This document shows, one piece after another, positions 17,970 to 32,336 of a DNA stretch of 64,000 nucleotides. How positions within the stretch are numbered: position 1 is the first letter of the stretch; each line of letters begins with the position of its first letter. The notes beneath the pieces are model-generated. The model was not told the DNA's origin. It saw nothing but the letters and a program-made list of their open reading frames with translations, and did no database searches. Position numbers and translations under genes: made by a program. The stretch comes from Bordetella parapertussis (GTDB lineage Bacteria; Pseudomonadota; Gammaproteobacteria; Burkholderiales; SG8-39), in the NCBI GenBank assembly GCA_945892985.1, contig CAMDDU010000003.1, positions 62,060-126,059 on the forward strand. Reading direction: 5' to 3'.

Positions 17970-19067
17970 TCAGGCGAGGGCGCCGACAAAATTGCGCCCG
18001 CGCGGACCTTGCATCGCGTCATCGATCATGCCGCGGGCCGTTTTTTCATCCACGCCATAGGCCGAGAATTGCGTGTCCACGCCAAGCATGCCGAGGAAGG
18101 CCTCTAATGCGGATGCCGGGTCGCCGACATCGGCGCCGAACACGCGGCCAAGCACGGCATCGCGGTCCGCTCGCTTGCCCTGCGCCAGCCGCCAGACCAT
18201 GGGAAGCGTGAAGGAACAGGCCAGGCCGTGCGGCAGGCCGTGCAGCAGGGTCATGTCGTAGGAAATGGAATGGGCCAGCGCGGTTTTGGTGTTGGAGAAG
18301 GCAAGGCCGGCGAGCAGGCTGGCCCGTGCGGCTGCGGTGCGTAGCGCCGGATCGTGGGGGGTTTTCAGCAAAGAGGGAAGCGTTGCAAGGACAGTGCGCG
18401 CGGCTTCAACCGCAAGCGTGTCGGAGATGGGGTTTGAATTGACGTTCCAGATGGACTCAAGCGCGTGCGACAAGGCGTCCAGCCCGCTATTGCGCGTGAC
18501 CGTCTCCGGCAAGGACAAAGTCAACTCCGGATCGACCAGCGCGGCCTGCGGCCAGGTTTCGTTCAGGTGTAGCGAGTATTTTTTTGGTTGGGCGGAGGTG
18601 CGGTCCCATAGGGTTGCCCAAGGTGTGACTTCGCTGCCGGTACCTGCGGTGGTCGGTACGGCGATCATCGGCAGGGCGCGGGTGACGGCCGGTGTCTTTC
18701 CGGCCGCGAGCGCGGCATGGATCTCGGAAAAATCACCGCTGGCGACACCCGGCAGCAGCATTTTTGCGCTGTCCAGCACCGATCCGCCGCCGACCGCGAG
18801 CACGATGCAGTCAGGATGTTTTGTCCAGAACGCCTTGTAGGTTTTACTCACCCAATCGAGTTCTGGATTAGGTTGCACGTTGTCGATCACGCCGGCCAGG
18901 CGCTTGCCCAGCATGGCTTCTAGCCGCGCGAGCAGTCCGGTGCTGGCGGCCTCAGGAAACGTCACAAGGACTGCATGCTTCTCGCCTAGCAATGCCGGCA
19001 GGCGCTCGAGCACGCCCCAGCCGAAATGAACGGCGACAGGGTTGTGGTACTGCCATGGCGTGCTCAA
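17970..19067 (-). CDS. Phosphonate-associated iron-containing alcohol dehydrogenase (PsrA-like)
   Basis: GGGSVLD, PTTAGTGSE, DALSHALE, AHSISY...PHG; TTG start after GAGG; co-oriented between phnE and phnW. Confidence 0.85.
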   Translation of the reverse strand: MSTPWQYHNPVAVHFGWGVLERLPALLGEKHAVLVTFPEAASTGLLARLEAMLGKRLAGVIDNVQPNPELDWVSKTYKAFWTKHPDCIVLAVGGGSVLDSAKMLLPGVASGDFSEIHAALAAGKTPAVTRALPMIAVPTTAGTGSEVTPWATLWDRTSAQPKKYSLHLNETWPQAALVDPELTLSLPETVTRNSGLDALSHALESIWNVNSNPISDTLAVEAARTVLATLPSLLKTPHDPALRTAAARASLLAGLAFSNTKTALAHSISYDMTLLHGLPHGLACSFTLPMVWRLAQGKRADRDAVLGRVFGADVGDPASALEAFLGMLGVDTQFSAYGVDEKTARGMIDDAMQGPRGRNFVGALA

Positions 19068-19077
19068 GGTGAACCTC

Positions 19078-19875
19078 TCAGATATAGCGTTTGCGGATGC
19101 TTGCAGATAGCAGGTCAATGGTGGTGACGAACAGGATGATGATCAGCAGTACGGCGCAGGTCTGGGCGTACTGAAAGCCGCGGATGACCTCATAGAGCAC
19201 CACGCCGATACCCCCGGCGCCGACCATGCCGACCACCGAGGCTGAGCGCACATTCGACTCGAAGCGGTAGAGCGAGTAGGAAATCCACAGTGGCATGACC
19301 TGCGGAATAACGCCAAAGACGATTTCCTCGATGGCGAGGGCGCCGGTGGCGCGCACCCCTTCGACCGGGCGCGGATCGATGGCCTCGACCGCCTCGGAAA
19401 AGAGTTTGGCCAGCGTGCCCGTGGTGTGAATCCACAGGGCCAGAACCCCGGCAAAAGGACCAAGGCCGACGGCGACGATGAACAGCATTGCGAACACCAT
19501 CTCGTTGATGGCGCGGCAGGCGTCCATCATGCGACGCACCGGCTGGTAGACCCAGGCGGGCACGATGTTGGATGAGGAAAGCAGTCCGAAGGGGACTGCG
19601 CAGATGATCGCCAGAACCGTTCCCCATACGGCAATGTGCATCGTGGTGATCATCTCTTTGAGATAAATCTCCCAGTCGCGAAAGTCTGGCGGAAAAAATT
19701 CACTGGCGTACTTGGCCATGTTGCCCGAGTCGCGAAACAAGTCGAGCGGGCGTATCTCCGCGCCGTTCCAGGCCCAGCCGAGAAAAATCAGGAACGCCGC
19801 CCAGCCAAACAGTTGCGGCAGGGTGCTGCCCGCGGCGGGGTCTGCGGGCAGCGTCAGCGGGGCGGCGGTGCTCAT
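19078..19875 (-). CDS. phnE: Phosphonate ABC transporter permease
   Basis: [33 protein letters not shown]. Confidence 0.95.
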   Translation of the reverse strand: MSTAAPLTLPADPAAGSTLPQLFGWAAFLIFLGWAWNGAEIRPLDLFRDSGNMAKYASEFFPPDFRDWEIYLKEMITTMHIAVWGTVLAIICAVPFGLLSSSNIVPAWVYQPVRRMMDACRAINEMVFAMLFIVAVGLGPFAGVLALWIHTTGTLAKLFSEAVEAIDPRPVEGVRATGALAIEEIVFGVIPQVMPLWISYSLYRFESNVRSASVVGMVGAGGIGVVLYEVIRGFQYAQTCAVLLIIILFVTTIDLLSASIRKRYI

Positions 19876-19878
19876 GTT

Positions 19879-20844
19879 TTATTTGACCAGTTTGGCCAGG
19901 TCGGCGAGCTTGCGGTCGATCTCGGCGATTTTGGTGGTGCGTTCCTGACTATTCATCTTGTCGTCGTTCTCGAACTTGATGCGGTCCTTGTACAGCTCGA
20001 GTTGGCGGATGGGCACCAGTTGCAGGTCGGTCGAATCGCGAAAGCCGGCAATTTGCTGCATGCCCTTGAGAATGTCCTTTTCACGCTGGTCCTTGCCGTA
20101 GCCGAGGACAAATTTCTTGATTTTTTCCTTCATGTCGGCGGGAAGATCCTTGCGCCAGACCAGCGGGTCACGCGGGATAAGCGGTGATGTCCAAAGAATC
20201 TTCACTTCAGCATGCTTGGCGGGGTCACGCAGCTTGAGTTTGTCCAGTTCTTCGCTGTTGTTGGTGGCGACATCGACCTGCTTGTTGATCACCGCCAGCA
20301 GGTTGCCGCCGTGATTGGCGCTGCGGGTGACGCGAAAGACGTTCTTGGGATCGAGTTTGCGCTGGCTGAATACGTAGTAGGTGGGGACCAGCGTGCCGGA
20401 CGTCGATTGCGGGTCGCCCATACCGAAGGACAGGCTCTTGCCATTGGCGATCATGTCGTCTATGGACTTGAGCGGGCTGTCGCGGTGGGTGATGACATAG
20501 GAGTAGTAGCCTGGCCGGCCCTCAAGGTCGATGAACTGTGCAAACACCTCGCCGCTGGCGCGGTCTACGGCCTCGATCGCCGATTTGTTGCCGTGCCAGG
20601 CCACCTGCAGTTTGCCGAAGCGCATGCCTTCGATGATGCCGGTGTAGTCGGTTGCGAAGAACCCGTTGATCTTGGTTCCTGTCGCCTTGGACATATCATC
20701 AAGGAAGGGCTGCCAGAGCTGTTTTAGCGCCGAGGAGGAATCTGTGGAGATAATGCCGAAATTTATTTCCTGTTGCGCATGCACGTTTCCGGCGAACAGT
20801 ACGGCGGCGGCAAGTCCTAACAGGGCTTTGAGTTTTGATTTCAT
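19879..20844 (-). CDS. phnD: Phosphonate ABC transporter substrate-binding protein
   Basis: Signal peptide, FFATDYTG, GDPQSTSG, VDVATNN; start ATG 20844 after AGGAG. Confidence 0.94.
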   Translation of the reverse strand: MKSKLKALLGLAAAVLFAGNVHAQQEINFGIISTDSSSALKQLWQPFLDDMSKATGTKINGFFATDYTGIIEGMRFGKLQVAWHGNKSAIEAVDRASGEVFAQFIDLEGRPGYYSYVITHRDSPLKSIDDMIANGKSLSFGMGDPQSTSGTLVPTYYVFSQRKLDPKNVFRVTRSANHGGNLLAVINKQVDVATNNSEELDKLKLRDPAKHAEVKILWTSPLIPRDPLVWRKDLPADMKEKIKKFVLGYGKDQREKDILKGMQQIAGFRDSTDLQLVPIRQLELYKDRIKFENDDKMNSQERTTKIAEIDRKLADLAKLVK

Positions 20845-20909
20845 GTCTGGCTTCTCCTGGGGGGGGCGTGAGATGGATGCAGCGAATTCGTGTATGCAGG
20901 TGTCTAAGT

Positions 20910-21758
20910 TCAGGCCGCTGCGGTGGCAGGAGCCGATTTTTCTACTAATGAGCCGACCGATTCGGTGCCATCCAGCAGTTCCTCGACGGCTGCGCCATAG
21001 AGCGACTGCAGCATGGGCGGGGTCAGAGTGTCGGAGGGGCCGTCGTAAATAACCTCGCCCAGGCGCAGCGCGATGGTGCGCGGGCAAAAGCGCCGTGCGA
21101 ACTGCACCTGGTGCAGCGACACCAGCACGGTGATGCCGTGTTCGCGGTTGATGCGGGCGAGGATTTCCATGACGTTGCGCGCGCTCTCGGGGTCAAGCGA
21201 CGCGATGGGTTCGTCGGCAAGAATGACCTTGGCGCGCTGTACCAGGCAGCGCGCGATGGCAACGCGCTGTTGCTGTCCGCCTGAAAGCGTGCTGGCGCGC
21301 TGGTAGGCGATTTGCTCTATGCCGACCGCCTTGAGCGCGGTATAGGCCTCGAGTTTTTCAGCCTGGGTGAAGCGACCGATGATGCTGCGCCACAACGGCA
21401 CGCGTGGCAGCAGGCCGGTCAGCACATTGGTCAGAACGCTCAGGCGGCCAACGAGATTGAATTGTTGAAAGATGAAACCGATGTCGGCGCGCTTGGCGCG
21501 TATGTCGGGCGCCACCTTGCCGTTTGTTTGTATGGCGTGTGAACCAACGCGCACAGTACACGGGCCCGGATCGGCGGCGAGAAACCCCGACAAGTGGCGC
21601 AGCAGGGTGGACTTGCCCGATCCGGATGCGCCTATCAGCGCCACCATTTCACCCGGTTTTACGACAAGGCTGGCCTGCTTCAAGGCGGGATGACCCGCGC
21701 CGAAGGATTTGCTCAGGCGGCTGATTTCGATTCCGGCGGGTGAATGGTCTGCTTGCAT
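20910..21758 (-). CDS. phnC: Phosphonate ABC transporter ATP-binding protein
   Basis: GASGSGKST, FQQFNLVGRL, LSGGQQQRV, DEPIASLDP. Confidence 0.95.
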   Translation of the reverse strand: MQADHSPAGIEISRLSKSFGAGHPALKQASLVVKPGEMVALIGASGSGKSTLLRHLSGFLAADPGPCTVRVGSHAIQTNGKVAPDIRAKRADIGFIFQQFNLVGRLSVLTNVLTGLLPRVPLWRSIIGRFTQAEKLEAYTALKAVGIEQIAYQRASTLSGGQQQRVAIARCLVQRAKVILADEPIASLDPESARNVMEILARINREHGITVLVSLHQVQFARRFCPRTIALRLGEVIYDGPSDTLTPPMLQSLYGAAVEELLDGTESVGSLVEKSAPATAAA

Positions 21759-21797
21759 ATCAGTTTATTTTTATCAGGATGATTATTAGCTGCAATC

Positions 21798-21815
21798 ATT
21801 ACGGCAATATGACAT
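21798..21815 (-). promoter_or_regulatory. Putative Pho box for the phnC operon
   Basis: Minus strand ATGTCAT-ATTG-CCGTAAT (11-bp period), 10 nt before an AATAAT -10-like hexamer. Confidence 0.6.
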
Positions 21816-22038
21816 CACAGAACGACACGTAAATCAGCATAAAAAAGCAGCATAAAAAAGGCCGCGCTTGGCGCCAGTCTTTTCGCGACGCTGCCTACGC
21901 CGGCAACGCCCCACTTGCTTTTCCCTGTGCGCCAAGCGGTGTTTTGTCCTGGTGCGAACAGGGAGTCAACAGGGAGTCAGATGCCTTGTGCCTTTGCTTT
22001 GCGTCTCTTTTGGGTGTTTTTGTGTATTTCTGCGCACA

Positions 22039-22076
22039 GTAGATTGTTGACAATCTACAAGCTGTCGCGGTTTAAT
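22039..22076 (+). promoter_or_regulatory. Sigma70 promoter overlapped by a GntR/FadR-type palindromic operator
   Basis: Perfect inverted repeat GTAGATTGT-TG-ACAATCTAC (22039-22058) containing TTGACA; TTTAAT 18 nt downstream. Confidence 0.7.
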
Positions 22077-22083
22077 GTCAAGC

Positions 22084-25561
<3,478 letters not shown>

Positions 25562-25570
25562 CAGGCTGAA

Positions 25571-27259
25571 GTGCAGAACCTGCTGAACCTGCTGTCAGCT
25601 GTAGCCCTTTTGGTTTGGGGCACCCACCTTGTGCGCGCCGGCATCCTGCGCATTTACGGCGCGAAGTTGCGCGATGTTTTGTCGCAAAGCGTCAACAACC
25701 GGTTTTCCGCCGTCCTGGCCGGACTGGGGGTGACCGGACTGGTGCAAAGCAGTACGGCGACGGCGGTTATCGCCACCTCGTTTGCAGGTCGCGGTCTTAT
25801 CGCCACCGCATCGGCACTGGCCATCATGCTTGGAGCGGATGTCGGCACCAGCTTGATGGTGCAGGTGTTTTCCTTAGACCTGTCATGGCTGTCGCCGCTG
25901 CTGCTGTTCTGTGGTGTGGTGTTGTTCCTGTCGTGGCAAAACAGCACGGCCGGGCGCATTGGTCGCGTGCTTATCGGGCTTGGGCTGATTATTCTTGCGC
26001 TCAAGCTGATTATGGTGGCGACGCAGCCGTTCACGCAGGCGGCCGGGGTGAAGGTGATATTTGCCTCACTGACCGGGGATTTGATGCTCGATATGCTGGT
26101 CGGCGCGCTGTTCGCGGTGCTCTCCTATTCCAGCCTCGCCGTGGTGCTGTTGACGGCAACGCTGGTGTCCACCGGCATAATTTCGGTCAAGGTCGCGTTG
26201 GCCTTGGTTTTGGGGGCCAATCTGGGCAGCGGTATTCTTGCCGTGCTGACCACCTTGAATATGAGCCCGGAAGCGCGGCGGGTACCGCTAGGCAACCTCA
26301 TTTTCAAAGTGCTTGGCTGCCTGCTGTTTGTACCGTTTATCGGTCCGGTGCAGCAGTTGCTGGCTTCGCTCGATGCCGACCCCCAGAGAATGGTGGTCAA
26401 TTTTCACCTCTTGTTCAATGTGGTCCTGGCTGTGGTTTTTATTTATGCGACAGAACCGGTGGCGCGGCTGACGGCCCGTATCCTGTCGGCGCCGCGACGT
26501 GGTGATGACCCATCCCGGCCGCGCCATCTGGATCCGAGCGCGCTTGCCACGCCCTCACTTGCCATCGCCTGCGCCGCCCGGGAGGCGCTGCGTCTGGGAG
26601 ACGTCATAGAGACAATGCTCAAGGGCGTGCTCACAGTGTTGCAGACCAATGATCTTGCGCTGGGCAAGAGCCTCTGTGCAATGGAGGACACCGTGGATGA
26701 TCTCTACACGGCCATAAAACTTTACCTGACCCAGGTAAGCCACGAGGCGCTGGGTGACGCGGAAAGCCGGCGCTGGACGGACATTGTCACCTTTGCCATC
26801 AATATGGAGCACGTGGGGGACATGCTCGAGCGCATCCTGATCGACCTTGAGGAGAAGAAAATCCTGAAGAACCGGAATTTTTCCGAGGCTGGCATGGCGG
26901 AAATTTGTGATCTGCATCAACGACTGGTCGCAAACCTGCAACTTGGCTTATCAGTTTTTTTGGAAGGCGACTTGAAGAGCGCGCAACGCCTGATCGAGCA
27001 AAAGACGCAGTTTCGTAATGTGGAAATAGCGTATGCCGACAATCATCTTCGTCGCCTGCTTGACAATACGCCGCAAAGCGTTGAAACCAGCTCGCTTCAT
27101 CTTGACCTGATCAGTGACATGAAACGCATCAATTCGCACATTTGCTCGATTGCCTATCCGATTTTGGAGCAGGCCGGTGTTTTGAACCACAGCCGCCTGC
27201 GCGAGACCCAGTTGAGCGTGGCCAGTGGCGCAGTCAACGGCGCGCCGCGTGCAAGCTGA
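25571..27259 (+). CDS. Na/Pi cotransporter family protein (YjbB-like)
   Basis: VQSSTAT, GADVGT, GANLGS repeats; PhoU-like C-terminus ETSSLHLD. Confidence 0.9.
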   Translation: MQNLLNLLSAVALLVWGTHLVRAGILRIYGAKLRDVLSQSVNNRFSAVLAGLGVTGLVQSSTATAVIATSFAGRGLIATASALAIMLGADVGTSLMVQVFSLDLSWLSPLLLFCGVVLFLSWQNSTAGRIGRVLIGLGLIILALKLIMVATQPFTQAAGVKVIFASLTGDLMLDMLVGALFAVLSYSSLAVVLLTATLVSTGIISVKVALALVLGANLGSGILAVLTTLNMSPEARRVPLGNLIFKVLGCLLFVPFIGPVQQLLASLDADPQRMVVNFHLLFNVVLAVVFIYATEPVARLTARILSAPRRGDDPSRPRHLDPSALATPSLAIACAAREALRLGDVIETMLKGVLTVLQTNDLALGKSLCAMEDTVDDLYTAIKLYLTQVSHEALGDAESRRWTDIVTFAINMEHVGDMLERILIDLEEKKILKNRNFSEAGMAEICDLHQRLVANLQLGLSVFLEGDLKSAQRLIEQKTQFRNVEIAYADNHLRRLLDNTPQSVETSSLHLDLISDMKRINSHICSIAYPILEQAGVLNHSRLRETQLSVASGAVNGAPRAS

Positions 27260-27272
27260 GGAGAGAAAAACG

Positions 27273-27836
27273 GTGTCTATTTCCATCCTGGAAATCTGTG
27301 AGTTGTTTGAGCGCAAAGGGCATATGGCGTACTCAGGGGAGGGAGTGAGCCAGTTGGAGCATGCGCTGCAAAGTGCGCATCTGGCAGAAACAGCCGGGGC
27401 GACGAGCGCGCTCATCAGTGCCAGTTTTTTGCACGACCTGGGACATTTGCTTAACGATAGGAGGGAAACCCCGACGATGAGCGGTGTCGATGACACGCAC
27501 CAGTATTTTGCCATTCCCTTTTTGCGCGGTGTCTTTGGCCCCCAAGTGCTGGAACCCATTCGCCTGCACGTCGAGGCCAAGCGCTATCTTTGCCGCTTAC
27601 GCCCGGACTATTGGGCTTCGCTCTCGCCCGATTCGAAGCGAAGCCTGGAATTGCAAGGGGGCATTTATGCGCAAAAGGAGGCTGATGCGTTTATCGCCCG
27701 CCCGTATGCCGCGGATGCGGTTCGGCTTCGGATGTGGGATGACAATGCCAAGGTGACGGGGCATGAGACGCCGCCACTGGCGCACTTTGCCACGCATCTG
27801 CGCGCTTGCGCGCTGCCGGCAAGGCAAAGCGTCTGA
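27273..27836 (+). CDS. Phosphonate-degradation HD-domain oxygenase (PhnZ-like)
   Basis: YSGEGVSQLEHALQ, LHDLGH, LHVEAKRYL, SLELQGG, RMWDD; GTG start after GAGGAG. Confidence 0.87.
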   Translation: MSISILEICELFERKGHMAYSGEGVSQLEHALQSAHLAETAGATSALISASFLHDLGHLLNDRRETPTMSGVDDTHQYFAIPFLRGVFGPQVLEPIRLHVEAKRYLCRLRPDYWASLSPDSKRSLELQGGIYAQKEADAFIARPYAADAVRLRMWDDNAKVTGHETPPLAHFATHLRACALPARQSV

Positions 27837-27892
27837 AGGTGAAGGCTGCCGCGTTCTTGCGTGTTTGCCAGAGTTGACGGGGCTGTGAGATT

Positions 27893-28735
27893 TTGACCCT
27901 GAGTTTCGAGGTCACCATGTGGGTGCTGGGCGCCGCGCTGATGCACGCCGTCTGGAACACCATTATCAAGTCGAGCAAGTCCAAGCTGCTGGACACCACC
28001 TTGATGGTGTTTTTCGGCAGTCTGATCGCGCTGCTAATCATTCCATTTTTGCCACTGCCTGCGGCCGCATCATGGCCCTGGATCGCGGCATCGGTGACGC
28101 TGCATCTGTTTTATTATTTCGCCCTGATCGGTGCTTATCGTCATGGCGACTTATCGCACAGCTATCCGCTGATGCGTGGCGGGGCGCCGCTGCTGGTTGC
28201 GCTGATCGGACCGGTGGTCTTGCAAGAGCAACTGCCGCCAATCGCATGGATGGGAATCGGGCTTATCAGTTTTGGCATTATCGCGCCGGCGCTAAGGTCT
28301 CTGGCGCATCCTGGCACCCATCGCGCGACGGCCTTCGCGCTTGCCAACGCGACGATCATCGCTGCCTACACCCTGGTGGACGGCAAGGGGGCTCGCCTGT
28401 CCGGTGACCCGATCGCCTATTCGATGTGGCTGTTTTTTCTGGATGGTTTCGCACTCTGCGGCTATACGTGGGTGACGCGCCGTAAGGAGTTGCTCAGCTA
28501 CACGAAAGCGCGGTGGAAACCCGGCCTGGTTGGTGCGGTGTTCAGCATGGGCGCCTATGTGATTGCCATATGGGCCATGACCAAGGCCCCGGTGGCCATG
28601 GTCGCGGCATTGCGGGAAACCTCCGTCATCATTGCCGCGGTGATCGGCGCGACTTTGCTGAAAGAGCCACTCGGTGCCTGGAGAATTATCGGTGCGGCGC
28701 TCGTTGCAATCGGAATTCTGACGCTCAAGCTGTAG
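27893..28735 (+). CDS. EamA/DMT transporter, phosphonate-associated
   Basis: MHAVWN, AYRHGDLS..YPLMRG, YTLVDG, ALRETS. Confidence 0.88.
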   Translation: MTLSFEVTMWVLGAALMHAVWNTIIKSSKSKLLDTTLMVFFGSLIALLIIPFLPLPAAASWPWIAASVTLHLFYYFALIGAYRHGDLSHSYPLMRGGAPLLVALIGPVVLQEQLPPIAWMGIGLISFGIIAPALRSLAHPGTHRATAFALANATIIAAYTLVDGKGARLSGDPIAYSMWLFFLDGFALCGYTWVTRRKELLSYTKARWKPGLVGAVFSMGAYVIAIWAMTKAPVAMVAALRETSVIIAAVIGATLLKEPLGAWRIIGAALVAIGILTLKL

Positions 28736-28828
28736 CCGGTCTCGGGCAGCTTCGGGCGGTCGCGCCCGGCCCCCTGCTGGGGCGTGGCGTACAATGCGCG
28801 CTTTCCGCACCTTGATCCCCCTTAATTT

Positions 28829-30226
28829 ATGGTTCGCACGCGATTTGCTCCAAGCCCGACCGGCTATCTTCATCTAGGCGGCGCCCGTACGGCCCTGTTT
28901 GCCTGGGCCTATGCCCGCAAGCATGGCGGAAAATTCATTCTGCGCATCGAGGATACCGATCTTGAGCGCTCGACCGCGGCCTCTACGCAGGCTATTTTGG
29001 ACGGCATGAAATGGCTGGGGCTTGATCATGATGAGGGCCCGTTCTACCAAATGCAAAGGCTGGATCGTTATCGCGAGGCGGCAGAGGCCTTGCTGCGTGA
29101 TGGCAAGGCCTATTGGTGTTATGCCAGCAAGGAGGAACTCGATGTCATGCGCGAGCAACAGCGCGCGCGCGGTGACAAGCCCCGCTACGATGGACGCTGG
29201 CGTCCGGAGAATGCGAAGCGGCTCGGATTGGTGCCACCGGCCGGGGTAAAACCGGTTCTGCGGTTCAGGAATCCGGATGATGGCGAGGTGATATTCAAGG
29301 ACCTCGTCAAGGGTCCAATCACCATTGCCAATCGTGAGATCGACGATCTGGTTCTGCTGCGCGCCGATGGCGTGCCGACTTACAACTTCGGGGTGGTCAT
29401 CGACGACCGCGACATGGAAATCACGCATGTTATTCGCGGCGATGATCACGTCAATAACACGCCGAGGCAGGTCAACCTTTATCACGCACTGGGGGCGAAG
29501 CTGCCCGAGTTTGCCCATGTGCCGATGATCCTCGGGGCGGACGGGGAGCGTTTGTCCAAGCGTCATGGCGCGGTGAGCGTGATGCAGTATCCGGAGGATG
29601 GCTACCTGCCCGAGGCGATGCTCAATTACCTGGCTAGGTTGGGTTGGTCTCACGGCGATGAGGAGGTGTTCACGCTGGAGCAGTTCATCGAATGGTTTGA
29701 TCTCAGTCACATCAGCCACTCGGCTGCGCAGTTTAATCCTGAAAAATTGCGTTGGCTGAATCATCACTACATGAAGGCGCGACCCAATGTCAATTTAGCC
29801 GCACTGGTGAAGTCGAGGATTGAGGCCGATGGCGGGCGGTTTGATGGCGGGCCTGAATTGGAGCCGGTGGTCGGTTTGCTCAAGGATAGATCAGAGACCC
29901 TGGCGGTGCTGGCCGAGGAGGTCATGATGTTTTATGGCGATTCGCATGCGGCCCCTGAATTGCTCGCGCAGCACGTGACCGCGGAGGTGAAGCCGGCGCT
30001 GATCGATCTCGCCGTCCGGCTTGCGGGTATTGCCGACTGGACGAATGAGGGTATCAGCGCCGCCATCAAGGGCGTGTTGGAGGAGTTCAAGCTGAAAATG
30101 CCCAAGCTTGCCATTCCGGTGCGCGTTGCAGTGTTCGCTCGTCCGCAGACGCCTGATCTTGTCGCGGTGCTTTGCCTCGCCGGCAGGGAGAGGGTGATTG
30201 CCCGTTTGCGCAGCGCTACGGCCTGA
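28829..30226 (+). CDS. gltX: Glutamate--tRNA ligase
   Basis: [14 protein letters not shown] (HIGH-like) and RLSKR (KMSKS-like) motifs. Confidence 0.97.
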   Translation: MVRTRFAPSPTGYLHLGGARTALFAWAYARKHGGKFILRIEDTDLERSTAASTQAILDGMKWLGLDHDEGPFYQMQRLDRYREAAEALLRDGKAYWCYASKEELDVMREQQRARGDKPRYDGRWRPENAKRLGLVPPAGVKPVLRFRNPDDGEVIFKDLVKGPITIANREIDDLVLLRADGVPTYNFGVVIDDRDMEITHVIRGDDHVNNTPRQVNLYHALGAKLPEFAHVPMILGADGERLSKRHGAVSVMQYPEDGYLPEAMLNYLARLGWSHGDEEVFTLEQFIEWFDLSHISHSAAQFNPEKLRWLNHHYMKARPNVNLAALVKSRIEADGGRFDGGPELEPVVGLLKDRSETLAVLAEEVMMFYGDSHAAPELLAQHVTAEVKPALIDLAVRLAGIADWTNEGISAAIKGVLEEFKLKMPKLAIPVRVAVFARPQTPDLVAVLCLAGRERVIARLRSATA

Positions 30227-30271
30227 ATATTCAAGTCGTTCATCCAGGCAAGTAATTTTTCATCCAGGCAA

Positions 30272-30301
30272 TTTACAGGGATAGTAATTTACCCTTATAA
30301 T
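30272..30301 (+). promoter_or_regulatory. Sigma70 promoter of the tRNA operon
   Basis: TTTACA-N18-TATAAT, 12 nt before tRNA-Ala. Confidence 0.65.
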
Positions 30302-30313
30302 GACGGGCTTCGT

Positions 30314-30389
<76 letters not shown>

Positions 30390-30425
30390 ACGAATCTGTG
30401 TAGTAGAGCAACATGGGCAGATTTT

Positions 30426-30501
30426 GTCCCCATCGTCTAGAGGCCTAGGACATCACCCTTTCACGGTGAGTACGCGAGTTCGAATCTCGCTGGGGACGCC
30501 A
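30426..30501 (+). tRNA. tRNA-Glu(TTC)
   Basis: 76 nt GTCCCCATCGTCTAG...GTTCGAATC...GGGGACGCCA; anticodon arm TCACC-CTTTCAC-GGTGA. Confidence 0.97.
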
Positions 30502-30871
30502 ATAAATTCAAGGCGTTACAAAATAAAAACACGGATATAACGCCTTCGTGTCTAGTTTATATCTAGACCGCGTAGAAAAAACGGCAGGCGCAACGCCCGC
30601 TGGCAGATACAAACTTAGCGCGGTTCGCACAGTTGCCGCGCAATGCGCCTCAGCAGTTCGGTCGTTTCAACTATTTTGGCAACCCCGCCTAAGGCCATGA
30701 TGATCTGCGCTGCCTGACCCGTTTGCCGAAACCTGCTTGATGATCGTCGCCGGGTTTATACGGCCACCTCGCTGGTGAAGTTGCCCTTGTGAGGGCCATC
30801 AATCATGCTATGCACGTCAAGTAATTTGTTTGGCTATTGGGGGCAGTTGCATTTGAATATATTCCTCAAGC

Positions 30872-31852
30872 TCATTCCACTTTGGCACCCGATGATCGAA
30901 TCACGCGCGCCCACTTCTCTTTCTCGGCGCGCATGAATTCGCCGAAGGCCTCTGGCGTGCCCGCAGGCAGGATCTCAAAGCCCTGATTTACGAGTGCCTC
31001 GCGCACCGATGGCACGAGGATCGCCTTGTTCAGCTCGCTATTGAGGCGCCGCAATATTGCCTCCGGCGTTCCGGCCGGTGCGGCAAAGCCGAACCACGCG
31101 GTGACGTCGAAGCCGGCGACACCGGCTTCGGCTACCGTGGGAAGCTCCGGCCACCAGGAAACGGGGCGGGGCGTCGCGACCGCAAGGGCGCGCAGCTTGC
31201 CGCCCTTGGCAAGGCCCACGGCATTTGGCGCATTGGGGAACATCAACAGTACGTCGCCCGTCACCACCGCGTTCACCGCCTCTGGAGTTCCCTTGTACGG
31301 GACGTGAACGCCGCGCACGCCGATGAGCGTGCCGAACAGCTCTCCGGCCATGTGATGCGAGGTGCCGTTGCCCCCCGAGGAGAAGGTGAAGCGCTCCGGC
31401 GCTGCCCGGATGAGCGCGATCAGCTCGGGCACCGTGCGCGCTGCGACGCCGGTTCCTACGATGAGAACATTGGGGCTAGACGCGACGAGCGCCACCGGTG
31501 CGAAATCGCGCATCGGGTCGAATGAAAGCTTGGGGTAAAGCGACGGTCCGATGCCGTGTGTCGCGATGCTGTTGCCCAACAAGGTATAGCCGTCGGCGGG
31601 GGCTTTGGCGACCGCCTCGGCCGCGAGCATTCCGCCCGCGCCGGGACGGTTCTCGATCACAAACGACTGCCCGAGCTGCTTCGCCAGCTGGTTGCCGAGC
31701 ACGCGCGCGAGGATATCCGAAGTCGAGCCCGGCGACAGCGTCACGACGATCTTCACCGGCTTCACCGGGTACTCCTGCGCGTTGGAACCGGCCGCGATGG
31801 CCGACAGTACTGCAGAAACAATGAAGCCTACGAATTTCAAACGACCTTGCAT
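30872..31852 (-). CDS. Bug/TctC tripartite tricarboxylate transporter substrate-binding protein
   Basis: YPVKPVKIVV, PGSTSD, ENRPGAGG, PADGYTLL, HVPYKG. Confidence 0.93.
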   Translation of the reverse strand: MQGRLKFVGFIVSAVLSAIAAGSNAQEYPVKPVKIVVTLSPGSTSDILARVLGNQLAKQLGQSFVIENRPGAGGMLAAEAVAKAPADGYTLLGNSIATHGIGPSLYPKLSFDPMRDFAPVALVASSPNVLIVGTGVAARTVPELIALIRAAPERFTFSSGGNGTSHHMAGELFGTLIGVRGVHVPYKGTPEAVNAVVTGDVLLMFPNAPNAVGLAKGGKLRALAVATPRPVSWWPELPTVAEAGVAGFDVTAWFGFAAPAGTPEAILRRLNSELNKAILVPSVREALVNQGFEILPAGTPEAFGEFMRAEKEKWARVIRSSGAKVE

Positions 31853-32336
31853 GCGCCCCCCCTTGATTTGTATTAGTACAGATACTCCCATGCTTTGGTG
31901 GATCACGACGGCTTATCTCAGCGCGGTTGGTGATGCGAGCACCTCAAGGGGCTTCAGCAGTTAGGTCGCCGCGATGATTTTGGCGGCTAACCGCACTCCG
32001 GTGACGCGGGGAGAGGAAATAAGTTTTGTTAAGTTTTCGGGTTCAGAGCGGCAATCATTGAAACTGAATTAAAAAGTGGCCTGTCTGGATAATCTCGAAA
32101 ATAAATCAGCAAGAATACGCTGAAGAAAAGTGCGCGTTGTTTTGCGTACGCTTGTTTCTACCTTATGTTGGCCGGCATTTTCACACGTCCTGCCACCTGC
32201 TCTAACCACCAGCTGTCAACGAAACACCAGATCCCGCACAGCTGCTTGTTCTGGGTATGGTTTGACCAACATCATTCGCTAAATAAGCCTTAATTGAAAT
32301 GTCGCAACAATCCGACGGACTTCGAAAAAGAAATCT

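Noticed and set aside
31960..31992. GTTAGGTCGCC...GGCGGCTAAC as an empty integron cassette
   Set aside because: The flanks do not form recognisable attC L/R box structures, so it is only a short inverted repeat.
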